In this document: piece by piece, positions 1 to 14,700 of the stretch
Layout of the letters: each line of letters begins with the position of its first letter
Numbering within the stretch: the stretch's first letter is position 1
Source of the DNA: Vicugna vicugna
Lineage: Eukaryota
DNA: 64,000 nucleotides
Reading direction: 5' to 3'
Assembly: GCA_013265495.1 (NCBI GenBank)
Contig: MU058387.1
Span: forward strand, 682,001-746,000
Translations under genes and position numbers: made by a program
The notes under the pieces: generated by a model
Database searches by the model: none
Told to the model about the DNA's origin: nothing
The model's input: the letters and a program-made list of their open reading frames with translations, nothing else

Positions 1-1848
1 AACATAGAATCTTATTGAGACCATAAGCCTCTTATCATAACCTAGATGCTTTGATCTATAAAAGTAGAGCTGTGTCTTATAAGGAGCATGTGCCCTTTGA
101 AATTTAAGAAATCAAAATATTATGGGAAGGTGTGTTACAGTGAAAAATTATGTTATATTATATTGTATGTTATATTATGTGATATTATACTATGCTGTAT
201 TAGTACTTTAAAAGTATCAACCATTTAGAAGTACTAGTAAGTTAAAAGCATTGTTTCTGGAAGTTCATCTTCACAACAGAGATTGGGTTATCAAGGCCAC
301 CTGCATTACAGGATATTAGCTACATAATAAATGAACAGTATTGAAAGAGTTGGAAGATTGAAACTGAAATAATACCCATATCCAAAAAGAAAATCATGGA
401 AGCACATTAGAGTTGGAATTTTCATCTTGAGGAGATCTAGCAAGTCATCATGAAAGACATGCTCTTGACTAAAGACTTCTGTGTTATTTAACCTAAAATG
501 CAAATACATATACATGTATAAGTGTGCATACATATATATACATATATCACAATTAACAAAGTTGAAGTTAACATGGGTAATTTCTGATAGGGCAAATAGA
601 CGGCAAAAGGTGATAAAAAGTTAAAGTGTCGGTAGCTTGTTTCCCAAATCCTCTTGATCCATTGTTCTGGAAGTTTATGGCCATGTTGACCCTTCCCCTG
701 TTGGATTATCTCCTGGCCTTGGTGGACTGAGTCATGGTATCCACCAGGTTTTTCCTGATGCAAGCATCTCTCTGGTCAGGAGCTGACTCATCCTGTGGTC
801 ATTGGTGTCTTCCATCACATTTTACCTTTCCAGGCTTCATTCATCACCTCTTCTGTCTCACTGAACCAATTGTTCATGCTCCTCTGAGCTGGCACTTTCT
901 GCTCTCACTCCTCCTATGTGTGGCATGGCATTGCCTAGCAATTAAATGTTAAATCGTGATAGCTCATTTCAAAATATGGCACATTCTATGGCTGCTGTAA
1001 AATAAAGTTCACACGGTATCTTGGATTCTTCTGTCTGTTGACTCACTCAGATAACAAAAAAATTTTTATAAGGGTTTCTGTAACTTATCTTCTCTCCCCA
1101 GAATAATTTTATTAATCCAAAATTTTTGAGTAACACATTTTCCCCCCACTAGCACCAGAATCTGACTTTTAACAGTTTTTCCATATCATTTCGATGAACC
1201 AGTTCACTAACCTGAATCCAGAAATCTGAGAGTAACTAATGGTTATGATTTTTCAAACTTTTGTTTGTCTTTTGCACCACTGTCACTTTAGGAACAGAAA
1301 GTATTTACAGAAGGTATGGTATTTTGATGAATAAATTCTTGACTCAATCGTTTTATAATATATCATTAGCAAGAATTAATATTCTTGTACTTTACCCCAT
1401 TTGTAGGTAAAGATTAAAGTATTTAGAATACTTAATGGCTTTTTACCTGTTATTTCTTCAAATTCAGTCCAAATCTAAGTGAAACTGGGACTCTTTTGGC
1501 TCCTTTATGGAAATAAGTAGAGGACAAAAGATGAACCCACACTGATGCCCTCTTTAATCTTCAAAGCGAGACAAATTTTAGGACAAAAAGAGTAAGTACC
1601 ACAGCTTAAATTGATTTTAACCTTATTAATTTACTAAAAGTAGAATATAGTTCTATAATCACAAGCAGTCATTTTTCCATTGTAAAATGTATTCATTTTC
1701 ATTTCATTTTAAACTGTATCCAAAACTCTCGAAATTTCTAAGATCTAGATAAATCATGTAATATTTTATGTATCTAGAAAAGTCAATATAGGTATTTGAG
1801 GACATGCAATTTCTTTTTCTGTTAATGCTACTAGATATATCTTCTTTA

Positions 1849-2200
1849 ATTCATTCCACAAGCATTCACTGAGCATCTCCAACATGCCAAGTTTTCATGA
1901 TATAAAGCCAAGGAGACCCAAGACCTGAGCCGTGAGAACCTCTACTCTACAGGATGCACCAAGAATTCACAAAATCATGACATTTATATGCAATGACTAA
2001 CTATAGAACAACAGAGGAATACCAGTTTAGTCTGAGGATCAGGAGAGTCCTCTTTAATAAAGTGGCACTTGAATGAGAACTGAAAAGGAGAGCTATTTAA
2101 CCAAGGGAAAGGGAAAGCTTGCCTGCAGACGGGAAGGAGCCAAGACCTCGTGGTAGAAGGAAGTCTGTCACACTGAGGACCATTGAGAAAGAAGGTGAGG
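1849..2200 (-). mobile_element. L2 LINE 3' remnant
   Basis: TTCATTCCACAAGCATTCACTGAGCATCTCC resembles the reverse complement of the L2 3' tail. Confidence 0.5.
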
Positions 2201-3077
2201 GAGGCTGTGCACTCACTGGGTTGAGCTAGCGTTCTCCAACCCTCTGTTCTATCTGCCCAACTCCTACCCTATCCTCAAAAGGCAGCTGGTTCTAAAAAGA
2301 CAGGTAGCAGATCTCCTGTGGGTGTAAGCCTTGCCCAGTTTGGTCAAGTTCAAATTTAGGCCTGAAAATTGCTGTCCATCCACACAGGTGCCCTGTCTTC
2401 GTGCGGACTCATTTCCTCAGTGTCTGCAGGGTCCTTATTTCACCCAGAGTGGAGCTGACAGCATGCAGTCTCATAATAAGGCTTCTTCTGGAGAAATAAC
2501 TCCGAGTGAAAATCTGAGGGCCAGAACCAATCTGATTATCCCAAATTCTATGCTAAAGTGGATTGCATTGTAGCTGGCCTTTGATGTAGTCTCAGAATCC
2601 AATAATAACTTAAAAATGAAGGCAAGCATCTGCCTAGAAGAACTTTTGAAGGGTCTTACTTAAAATGCTTCGCAACGACAAATGATCAGAGTTGTGATTT
2701 CAATTGTCCTCTTCCATCTTTACCATAGGGATGAATAGTAAGGTTCAGAAAACACATTCCTTTGTATTTTGGTGGAAACCTATGTGTCATAATCCTTCTA
2801 AGTGCAATTGTAGGACACGGGCCTGGTGGAAGAGGGCTCCACGTGGGTGGTAAAGCAACATGCCCTTTACAAAATTAAATTAAACATCATAGATCTTGGA
2901 TGAAATGATAAACACTAGATTATAAATCCCTCACAGGCGTAGAGTGTATCTTTTTAGCATAATAGATGTCATCGCTTAGGGAAAAGTAAATTTGCTAAAT
3001 AGAAACAATAATGAATGACTGAATGAATGGTTAGATACCCCTTGAGATTGTACTCAACACCCTGTAAATTTAGTCTG

Positions 3078-3293
3078 GAGTGAACCTCAATGTGTAAACT
3101 ATGGACTCTGGGTGATAGTGGTGTGTCAGTATCAACTCATCATTGTAAGAAGTGTGCCAATCTGATGGGAGATGCTGATCACAGGGGAGGCGTTCCTTGC
3201 ACAGGGACAGGAGCTATATGGGAAATCTCTGCACCTTCTGCTCAGTTTTGCTCATAAGCCTAAAAATGGTCTAAAAATAAAATCCATTTAAAA
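3078..3293 (+). mobile_element. L1MC-type LINE-1 3' end
   Basis: GTGAACC...GTAAACTATGGACTCTGGGTGATA...ATATGGGAAATCTCTGCACCTTCTGCTCAGTTTTGCT...AAAAATAAA matches the L1MC 3'UTR terminus. Confidence 0.8.
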
Positions 3294-6200
3294 GTTTTAA
3301 AAATTTAATCTGGTGAAATAATCTTAATTGTCATGGAAACCATGATATTTTTGTCATTGTGTTGATTTGGGTTTAGAATGTCAGCAGCACAAGGAAGTTC
3401 ATTCACCTCTAGGTCAGTGGATCTGCTGGACAGGTACTGAGTGATGGGCAGAGCTTGCGCACATCTGGGGGGCCAGCTCTTAGGTTGGCTTTTCTCGGGA
3501 AGGATATGTGAGAAGTTGGAAGAAAGAAGCTCTTCTTATCCAAATAGATTTTGCTCTCTTGGAAAAATGCAATGTTGATACAGCTTATGAAACCAGATGT
3601 GAAGATAAGGAGAAATTTTAATACCTGATGGGACCCTTAGATCATGACATAAGCCCAAACTGGATCAGGAAAGATACACAAGAATGCATCAATTGTCTTG
3701 CTACTGTTGAAGACCTAGTCACACTCCTCTTGTAGATAAGCGTTAGGGCAAGTCCAGTTTCGTGTCTATGTAGGGAGAGGTAGAATGAAATTCTAGGCCC
3801 AAGAACAAGCACAAAGGTGTGGCCATGCACATTCAGGGCCCAGCAAACTGTGGTCCGAGATGAATCTTCACTATCCCCTTGTAACTTCCAACTCAGTTTT
3901 TTTATTTTTGTTTTTGTTTTGCTACAATTAAAATTAGTCACAGATAGTTCTTACAAAATCCCCTTCATAAGTTCCTGACTTTTGCCTGATTCAGTCTGAT
4001 TAAATCAAGATAAAAGAAAAGTGCTATCAGTTTCCCCTAGGAGTTTAAAATCAGAAGAGAAGAAAAAAATATTAAATCAGGCCAACGGGAACCAAGAAAG
4101 CAAATGTTTTAAATGTCTAGGTCAGTTTATGGGCTAGAGCAAAGTGGCCTTTACAGGAAAATCTTGGGCAAAAGAGAAAAACCACTGTCATTTAAATTAT
4201 CCTCCCCACTGCCTAGGGCATCTAGGTCAAGTTCCACGTTTGATCAAAAGAAGTCCAGTTCTGTCATTTCTGCTCTTGGGAGAACAGGCCGAGAAGTAGG
4301 TGAGAAAAAACAAGCAAGAACATTTTTCTTCATCATCTTTTTAACAGCCAGAAGTAAAGATTATTCAGTCCCATCTGGGAGCTGTGGCCATTTTCTCAAA
4401 ACCAATTTTTAAAGACACTGTTGTCTCATATTTACCTGCCAGGTGTCTACTTTCTCAAGGTAACACAAAGGTTCACAGGGGTGCTTATCTCAGACTGATA
4501 AACGGATGCAAACAGAGCCAGACCTATCCAGGCTACCACAAGGCCTGTTTGACTAATTGCCCTGATAGATCATTCTTCTGATGCCTGACGCTGTTATTGT
4601 ACTCGGCATAGCTCAGATAGCACATGTTTAACCCCTGACCTCCCAGCGGCCGCCACCACATTGCTCTGGAACTCACCGTTCTCCATCGTCACTTCCTCCC
4701 CCCGGCAGCCGGGGAAAGAGATCTGTTTCTAAGCAAACAGTGAAGGCTCTGACCCCGTCATGAGTCACCAGTCTGTCCACCCACTTCCAAGATTCCCCCC
4801 TTTTTATATTTATTCAGCTTGTCAGTGTTCTTGGCAAAGAGGATAATGACATTCAAGGTAAATAGGATTCGTGCTAACTCTGGGAACAATAATTTCATAA
4901 ATCTGAGAAAACTTAAATGGCCTCTAGAGAGAGGCTTTAGATGAACCGACCCATTTCCTTCTACCCTCTTTTAAGGTAACTTATTTTTTTAAACAAAAAA
5001 ATTGATAAAACAGCAAAAGCCACAGAATGAACAAAAGAAAAATATGCCAGGGCCATTTGTCATAATGTAGGGAAATACCTAGTTATTCTGTGCCTGATGG
5101 TTCTGATTTAAATTACTGTAAGACACGCTAAATACTATTACTAGTAGCAGAAGTGAGAAGCAAATGTGTTTTATCTAAGATAGGTCATCTTTCTTTTATT
5201 ACATGCTCCACACATCTTATTCACAGGATGTATACTGATCGAGTTTTAACAGATACTGCCAACACATGGTCATTCTGCTGCAGGCAGTCCTGGCTGAGTA
5301 TTGCTGTGCAAAAATTCCACATTATACCACATTACAGAAACACTGAATGGGAATAACACCCTGGCAAGTGGTGGTTTTTATGACCCCTTGCGTTAATTAA
5401 TGAAATGATGCTGTCTTTACAGAGAGGCAGAAAATACACGGAGAAAAAGAAAAACATAATCATTATGGAGTGTATTTGCATTTCTGTTCATTTTTTTTCA
5501 ATATCTCAAACTTAAATAGACATGAAATATTGCAGGCTGCAGCACTGGGAAAAGATTCAGTTTGGTACAGACTGTATTTCAGTTTTCACTAAATCATTTA
5601 ACATAGAATCAAAGCACAATGGCTTAATTGTAAAAAAAAAATAAAAAAGCTTCTATCTTTTCCATGTTTTGTTCAGCCAAGTCTTTAGACTTTTAATAAC
5701 TTTTTAACCAAAAGAGAAAAGTACAATTTGTTTTGTGACTCAATTCCTGAATACTGATGTTATCAAATATGATTCTCCTTCCCATGTAATAAACTCCTGA
5801 TATTTCCCTCTGTCCATTAAGAAAGCAAGATTACAATATTTGAAATATTGAATGATTGACTAGCTATTGAAAATGTCCAAGGGATAAGAAAGATAATCAA
5901 AGATAGATGTGCCTTTGGGTTTGCTTTGAAGGAGAACACGAGACAGAAAGGTCCCTCAGTGTCAGACAGTCTTGGCTTTGTCTCACATATGCAGCTTCAA
6001 GCCTATTTTTCTGGATCTCAGTTTTCTGTTGAATGGGGTTAGCACAGCCACTCTAACCAGTTTTCTCTGAAGTTTATACACTGTTAAGTGCCCAGCAGAG
6101 TGGCTGGAATTGAAGAAGAGCAAATACTTGATTGATCCAAAGCCCTTTCCTGCCCTTTCTTGTCAAACTGAACAGAGACTTCACTTTATTCCAACTTACC

Positions 6201-6477
6201 TTCAAGCTACTTTGAGCATCATTTAAGTGAACTCACATACCTTGATCGCCCCCAGTCAGATAGCTTATCTTCTGAAAACAAAGGGCATTAATGTTAAACA
6301 TTAATAACTATTGTTCCATTGGAAGATATAAATATGCTTAGGGGAACTTCCAGGACCAACAACAAAAGTTAAATCCCTTTCGTTTATTAGAAAAATTTGG
6401 AAAAAATACCAAACAACACGATCCCATGGGGATGAAGTTCAGAGGCCAAGGATGTGACAGGATAAAAATTAACAACT

Positions 6478-6680
6478 CAGGCTCTGACATGGAGCAATTC
6501 TGGGCTTCTCCATTCATCAGTAATCTACGTACGGGGAAGCAATTTATAGAAACAGAAGACTTGATTCCCCTGCTGTAAAATGGGATACAAATATTTGTCT
6601 CATAGAATTATTTACTAGGGTGAAATGAGATAATGCAAGTTAGTTACTTAGCCTAGCAGAGAAGACAGACTTCACAAAAT
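6478..6680 (+). mobile_element. MIR SINE
   Basis: Core CTGTAAAATGGGATA...GGGTGAAATGAGATAATGCA. Confidence 0.65.
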
Positions 6681-8880
6681 GCTGTCTTAATATCCGTGGC
6701 GTTAGTGCTAATTAACGACGGGAAATGATTATGAAGTAATGAGAATTCTTCTTTTTAGAGGGTTAGGACTCTCAGTCTTACAGACTTAAGTCTCTTCATA
6801 ATCATCTCTTGAATATTAATTCATGGCGATGAAGAGGTCTTTGCCAATTTCCCCTTTCTGCTTTCTTATCTAATTCCCAACCAGTGGCACCCATTCAAGT
6901 GACTGTCAATACTGCATCCCATGCTAGGATGAGATCCAGAAAGGTGGATTAACAAGAAAATACTCCTTTCATGTATTTTATGATTTATATACACGACGCC
7001 TAAAATTAATCACATCTCCAAACATTTGGATCCAATAATGTAGAGCATTGGGCAAATAATTTACCAGATTTTCAGTGAATCCAAATAAAGCTTGACAAAT
7101 ATGGGAAAAACTGGAACAAGAATTTTTTCAACACCTGCATCCTGTCTCTCTACCTATTTGCCTATCTGTCTATCTAATCTGGTGTAGCATTTTAAAATAA
7201 TAGGTTCACAAGTGAAAAGTTGTTTATACTGTTCAGTTTTCTCTGCAATGAAAGGAAGTTAACTATTTAGCTCTGTGATGCATTTAACTAAGTCTACCCA
7301 TTACCTTGCCAATTTCTGTACAAATACATTGTAGAGAAAGTACTTTTTCATGTGCTAACAACCAAGAGACAGCACATGGCTCAAGACCTGTACTGTTTGG
7401 TTCAAGGGTTTAACATCCCAGTAATGATGCTTTTAAACCACAACTTTTAAATAAATGTAAATAATTGGATTTTCTTCTATATAAAAAAGTGTCAGATAAA
7501 TGCTATAAATCTGAAAGCAGAAAAGTAGGGAAGAAATAGTCATCTATATGCCATAATGGCATGTTTCATAATTTTTGTTTAACAAAACATATTTTACCCT
7601 CCTTACACCTTGATCTATAGGACCCCACTGATTGCAAGGTTGTAAATTGTGTGAAGAGCTCTGCAGAAAATTATAAAAGGGCAGCGAGGGGGCCTTATAT
7701 CAAGGCGTCACTTGGTCCCTAAGACTCAACTAGGACTTTGATACTTAGTTTAAACACAACCATATATTTTTATTAATAATATTGTTTCAATTTCATAAGC
7801 CCAACGCACCAAAGCCAGTGAGATTTCTATTACCCACGACCTGGATATTAATCCTTTGAATAAAAAAAGTCTCCATTTTTCAAATGTTGACCTAATGCTG
7901 AAACAATGAGAAACAACTTTCCCAGCAATTTTGGCACATTGAACTGGGAGATAAAAGTGACCATTCTTTGTTCACCAGAAGAGCTATTAAAAACACTTTT
8001 GATGCAGGAAATACCTTTTTCCCCCCCAGATATTAGAGGATATCTTCAGGAAACTCGGCAGATTAATTACATGAGCCATGGCTCAACTTTATTTAGAAGT
8101 AAAGCATGAGTTCTAACCCTCATCCCAGAATGTAAAATCCCTTTCTGAGCATTTTATAATGTTGATATTCCTTGTTTGAGTATTTTTCTGTTGGCTCAGG
8201 AACTGGCAGCAAGGAGTTTTTTGTTTTGTTTTGTTTTCATTTTAATTTTTTTTTTTTTAGTAGTGGGCCAAGGGAGAGAAGAGGAGAATGTTGATGAAAT
8301 CTGCCTGCATTTTTCACATAAAACAGAATTAAAGACAGTAATGGGTTTTCTAAATTCATAAAGTGATAGGTAGGCCTAAGCCCAGAAGGTTTTAAAACTT
8401 TCCATTTGTGTTGACTTGATAACTTTGTACAAGTTGTGTTCCAGTAGGTTTCTGAATAAGGAAACTCTGTTCCCAAAAAACAAGCAGGTGCCTCTTCATT
8501 CTTTGTTGGGTGGAGAGCGTTCAACCTTTGGCAGAATTTCCACAAAAGCCAGAACATTGCCTCCCTTTCCTAAAAGATCTTCTAAGACATGTTATTTCCT
8601 TACGCTTCCAATGGAGAAGTTAAATTATAGCCTTTATCCATTTTTGCCAAGACTCCAGCCCCTTCCTTCTGGATGAGACTGAGAATAATCACTCAGAGGG
8701 AAGCACATATTTTACAGTTTCTGCTTTAGGCCCAGAGCTAATCATTGGAGAGAGCCGTCAGGGCGCAGGGGAAGGCAGTGGAAAGAGAAGATCTGACCTC
8801 TCCTCGTAAGGAGCGTATTTTCTGACTGGGAAACTAGAAGTGATGGGAACTAAGCAAGAACCTGTTTCTCAAGTACAGTC

Positions 8881-9116
8881 TGAAGCTATGGTGCAAACAA
8901 GGAAGGTGCAGAGTAGAGAGAGAGCTGAGCTGTTGAGACAGGGAAGTCTCCTGGAGGATGCTAGCCTGAGACGAGTCTAAACGAAGGTGCAGCAGGATTG
9001 AAGCTATGGTGCAAACAAGGAAGGTGCAGAGTAGAGAGAGAGAGCTGAGCTGATGAGACAGGGAAGTCTCCTGGAGGATGCTAGCCTGAGACGAGTCTAA
9101 ACGAAGGTGCAGCAGG
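8881..9116. repeat. Two-copy tandem duplication, period 118 bp
   Basis: Copy 1 8881-8996, AT spacer, copy 2 8999-9116. The copies differ by one AG unit and one T/A substitution. Confidence 0.95.
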
Positions 9117-9399
9117 TGAGTTGGAGAGCTGGCGGGGCTGGAGGGGAGGTGAAGCTCTCTGGGCAGTGGGTGTAGAGAACTGAGGCCACCACTCTCTGCC
9201 TATCCGAGGGTTCTAAATTTTCCCACCTACTTTTTCCGCCATGCTCTTAGAAGCATGCAGAAAAATAAGTAGAAAAAAAATGGCATAAGGGTAAATCGGT
9301 GCTGAGACATGCATCCTCTTCAGACTTCAACTTGAACACACAAGCCAAAAGTATCTACTTCAAAGTTACTTCTGGTCTACCTCCTAGGTGGCAAATACC

Positions 9400-9540
9400 C
9401 ATGTGACAGTCACTTCTCTGAACTTCAGAATCCTCATCTATGAAATGGAGATATTGTTAAGAGAATTGTGAGACTTTATTTAATGCACGTGAAGAACTGA
9501 GTAAGTGGCTGGTACCAAAAAGAGCACTCGATACATGCCA
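9400..9540 (+). mobile_element. MIR SINE
   Basis: CCTCATCTATGAAATGGAGATA core plus MIR-like 3' end. Confidence 0.65.
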
Positions 9541-11722
9541 CCTGTCAGTACTCTCATCATGAAGTTTATTCCCAAGAATAGATATGCCCTGGGCAGCCTA
9601 TGTGATGATTTGCACAATATTTTATCTTGAACCATCTGCACCATGAATGGAGTAAATGCAAAGAGGGGATGAAGCATTTACTAACAAGAAGAGAGTGCAC
9701 TGACTTAGAGATGTTTGTGTAATTTGGGGTGTGATGTCTGGGGACTGAAATTCCATGTTTCACCCCTATCCACCTTCTGCCTGGGTTACCATTGCAATGC
9801 TAAGTTATAACAGGAGCACACAGCTTTACTTGGGCCTTTGATGAGCGACTCTATTCCTCGACAATTTGAGCACCTAGGAGAGAATGGGAGCGTCTGAAAT
9901 CACTCAAAGATCAAACACAAAAATTACTCAAAGGATAAATGGATACAAGAGATAACAATGAAATATTTTATCAGCTAAGGCAGTTTGTTTTCTAACGAAG
10001 AGTAAACCAAAATTCTGGTGCATGAGAATGTAACCAGTCCCTGTTTTAGCCTTTGTTTTATTTCAAATGAAAACTTGAAATTTATGTTGTCTGATGCATT
10101 TTTAAAGATTTCACCACCAATTTTTAGATCCAATGGCAATTTTTTAGATCAACTGCATATATGACTACTGAAAACATTTTTTTAAAAAAAAGTTTAAACT
10201 TCCTGGGGTCTTGACCTGTATATCCATTTCTCAAACCTTTGCTGAGCCACCTTGTCTCCAACAAACACTGGCCGGAGCTGAGAAACTTAAAAGTTAACAT
10301 TTCAAGTAAAATACTCTCAATATGTTTATCTCCATGGGTAATTTGTAACAAATCTGGAAGAGCTATTTTCTGCCAAATGAAACCACAGCAAAAGATTTTT
10401 TTTTTTTTTTAGAGAATAGGTCCTAGTTCTGAAATTATAAAGAGGTTCTACTAGTCAAAAGAAGGGACTGTAGTCTTTTGGGTCCTATAATTCCTGAAAG
10501 GTCAGGTTATCTGTCCCTAAAAATGTCGGTCGGTACAGGGGAAGTGGCAACCTGCTGGGAAAACGAAGGAGGAGGAAATTGTCAAAGCACTCCACTCTTT
10601 ACTAGCAGCAAGGTTTCCCATTAGCGCAGCCAGGCTGTTTAGACACCAAATTTACATTTCCGTGGAGGAAAGAAAAACAAATGTGGAACACGAGGGTCCC
10701 TGCTCCCCAGAAAATAAACGTTCTTTTAAGTTGAAAGAGTAAGAACAGATCAGGTGGTTCTCTTATTTTTCTAAGCCAAACAAGTTCATTTTTCAAAAAA
10801 CCATATATATGGTGTGGGGAAGAGGGGAGAACTCAGAAAAGCAAGTGTAGGCTCTGAAACGAAATTAGACTACAAAGGAGAATTTTTAATGACACCTTTA
10901 GAGTCAAATTTTTTTTTAACTAGCTAATTAAAGTAATCACAAATGTCATTGCAAAATTTCAGTTGAATCAGCAGAGATGAATATAGCCATTTGCTAAATG
11001 CTGTTTTGGTTTCAGTTTAGAGGGTGGGAATTTAGTTTTGTCCTGAATGGAGAGAATGTATAGTGTCTCCTAAGCGTAGGTCGACAGTCTGCTTGTGGTC
11101 CATGTTTAAATTTTAAACCATCCATGACAAAATGAAAACAAAAATAAAAATTAAAGATGGTGTTCAGTAGGGCAAATACATTTAATTTAAACAATTATCA
11201 TTGGGTACTTCCTAACTTTTTTGGTATAAAAAGTCCCATTTCTAGGAAATATTGGGGATAGTAAATGTCAGTTGGTTTCCCTCCTAATGGCTTTAATGCT
11301 TATGATTTGAAGTTGGCCACTATATATTAATCTCTAAATCTATCATTTTTCTTATTAACAAAATTCAAATGTCAAGAACCTTTCAGTGTGTACTGGAGGC
11401 TTTGGTCTTATCGTCACTTAGAATGGCTTAATTCCCCCAAAACTGTGCTTCATTTTATCTGCATTTGGGATGAAAATGTAGCAAGTACATTTAGATAATA
11501 TTGTTCATCGTGCTTTTGAGGAGGCAGAAATCATTATCTGTACACACAAGCATAGCATCATGCTGTGACATTTTGCTCTCCTGAAGCTTTGAAAATCTGA
11601 GATGCTCCAAATGACCACTGCATCCAAGGATGATTTTCTCCTGAGATCTCCTTTTCTCCAAGGATAAGTCGGCAGCTGCTCTTCCTTGAAGACACTGTGT
11701 TAGAAATGTTACTTTTCCACTT

Positions 11723-11748
11723 CACACACACACACACACACACACACA
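11723..11748. repeat. (CA)13 microsatellite
   Basis: Direct reading. Confidence 0.95.
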
Positions 11749-14700
11749 ACCGTACCACAGAGTTGTCCAGGAACCCAAAAGAGATGAGAGCCATGCTTTC
11801 ACAAAGAACTGAAAAGTGCCTGCAGGGAACTTGTGCTCAGTCAGGAGCCGCATCATCGGCCTGACACCCAGAAGTGTGGGAAGAGCTGGTAAAAGGATTG
11901 TAGATTGGAAACAAAATGTCGTGGGCTGACAGGTTTAAAATCTGATTGTCTGGTATTCCTGTCACAGTTCATAAGAATGCGAAAATAACCAAAGCCTGGG
12001 GGGAAAAAAAACTGTAAGTCTGGTTATTGTGAGTATAAGCCAATGCAGGGGATTGCATGATAGAAGCTGACCATATTCCACTGCAACTGGCCAGAGAGTA
12101 TAATGAGAGAATGTTTGTTGCACTCGGCCTGGGTGGGTGACTTCTTGCCACTTCCTGCCAGCTTGCAGACTTTTCTATCAGGACTGTGGAGAACCCAGCA
12201 CAAACTGGATAGGTGAAATTTAGACCCCGATGGCTTCAAATCCCAAGAGGTGCCAAGAGGTGAGTTTGACAACAGGGTTAGCGCCACGCAGCATCTGGTA
12301 GAAGTTAGGGTAACATCACCCACTGATCCCTCCTTCCATCTCCAGTGATGGAGAACACTGGGCTCTGTGTCTCAGAGTACTTGGAACCACATAAATCTTT
12401 TGGCTCCCACAGATAAGGGAGGGTGTCTCCCCCAACTGTCTTACAAGTATAGACAGCTCCCAGGGACATAAAGGTAATATAAATAATGTGCCTTTTGCTC
12501 AGCATGATAGGAATTTTGAATCAAAGGTCATATACAAGTCTTGACTACTCCTCTAAAACCACTATATTCAAAATCTATCAAGTACTGTGGTCTGAGAAAT
12601 GGCAAGACCTTCATTAATTTATATTTCATACATTATGTTTTGATTTTCTGAATGATAAAATGGAGGCCAATGGCTCTGAGCTATTGTACAATTATCTCTA
12701 ACATGATTCTATAAAAGAGAATGATCCACATTCCAGGGACACACTTGTTTGTGAATTGAGTCGTCTGGCTGATTTCCAGTGCTGTTCATTCAATTATGTT
12801 TGACCCATAAAAGCCAGGGTGCAGGGGTGGAAGGAGGCAGCAGGGACGAGGGTGGGGAATTTCTCATCTGTTCAACACAAGGAGTTTCTACGCTGTGCTG
12901 GCTTTGGCTTTGGCTTTGGCAGCAGTAAAATCTGGGGAAAGAGTTCTGGGATCCTCCACACTCATCAGGGGTGGCATATCTCTGTGCCTCTGCCGATGTT
13001 TCAAACGCAGGATAGAGGTTCAAGCCCCAAATCACGGGAAAGCCTTGGACTGTGGCGGAATGTTCTGGCTTCTCAGCCAGTGCCAGACGTTCTGATTTGT
13101 GTGACTATCAGAAGTTGCTTAGTGTCTGTAGACCTAAGATTCTCAAGAGGGGACATTGCGGTGAACAGTCTCAAGTAGCTTCCAGCACTGAAATCTCTAT
13201 TATGCTATGAAACCTCAGACTCCTTCACTACTACACATCTTTTGTCCCTTGAAATGAGGGATGGGATGGTCACTAAAGGCTCTTCCAGGTCTGGGGTTCC
13301 ATCCTTTCTGATGTCTTATTCAACGAACACATACTGAAGATTTGTATGTGCAGTTCACTTTCGTGTGGGTTGTCTTCCTTATCATAAGAGAGATTATTCC
13401 AACATGACAGATTTTAAAAAGTAAGCTGAGGTTAAGGGAGCTACTCAAGGTTATACACTTACCAAGCGGCTGAGGTGGGATTCTGACTCATCAGGGAGTA
13501 ACCCCAAACCCACGATTCAGTCTACTGTCGTGGTGGAGTGACCCTGATTCTCGTGGAAGCTATCAGAATTCGATCTTAGGGCTTCTTTTTCCTTCAAGAC
13601 ATCTGGAAGTGCCTGTGGCTTGCAGGGTTTGGAAGACTGGTAGACCAGCCTTCTCAGCTTTCAAAGTTCTGTGCTCAAACCAGAGTTTTGTTGGAATTCT
13701 TTTAGATGGTAGCAATGTGTCTTAGAAGTTGGGAAATTAGGCAAGTGAAGATGACAATGCCCTGCAGTGGTTACCGCTCCGGAAACCCCAAAACCAAGCT
13801 TATTTTTGAATTTCTGGAGGTGCTAGTATAAACCTACATAGTATTGATTTTTTTTTCTCAAAACTATTCAAAGCCTTTCAAGTATAGACCCTACAGAAAC
13901 CCCCATGCCCAGCTTCCCTCCCCCCCGAAGCTGACCTTCTCCTGGTTTGCACGGGGAAGGAGAGGTTTTATCTTACAAGCTTCCAGCACTGTTGCCCATG
14001 AATTACTGCTTCTGCATCCTGCCTCTCTCAGCTTGGTCAAAGGCCACCACGAGCTCCTGGTAGGAAGCTCTCTGCATACATGTCAATGAACAGGGAAATG
14101 TGAAGCCACAATCTCAACACCTCGACGTGGTTTACTGCCTGTGCGTCCAACCTCAGTGAATTACAATAAAAATGAATAAAATAAAATAAAACTATATGTG
14201 AAATGTAACTTTTCCTGTGGTCCAAGTTAGCTGTGGCCCAGTGGGTAATCTTTTTCTTGCCCAATTTTGAAACAGTTGAGAGAGAAACCATGAAGTCAGG
14301 CACAGAGAGATCAAAATAGCTGCTTTACGCTGATAAAAATTATATTGGAGGATGTGGCTTAGATATGTGATCACAAAGGATTTCCTACCAGCAAACCGCA
14401 GAATGCGCCTTACACGCCCCAAGCCTCCGCAGCGCTGAACAATTACAGGCTTCCTGACAGCTGGATCTGGCCCGGTCTCACGAGGAGCACGAGGGCCAGA
14501 CGGGGATGCGTCCTCTCTGTGAGCAGGCTGACTCTCAGGAGGAAGAGAGGGAGAGGCGCTCTTCTGTACTTGTTGGTTTCCTCACTTCAACTCAGCATTC
14601 TGACAACTCCTTCCCTTCCCTGGAGGAAGAGAAAGGGAATGTGTGGGGCAAGAGGCCACGGAGGTTTAGGGAAAACTTTCCTTATTGGAAACCAGTGAAG

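Noticed and set aside
8881..9116. CRISPR-like or other prokaryotic repeat system
   Set aside because: Only two long adjacent copies without spacers, in mammalian DNA; no cas or other prokaryotic genes.
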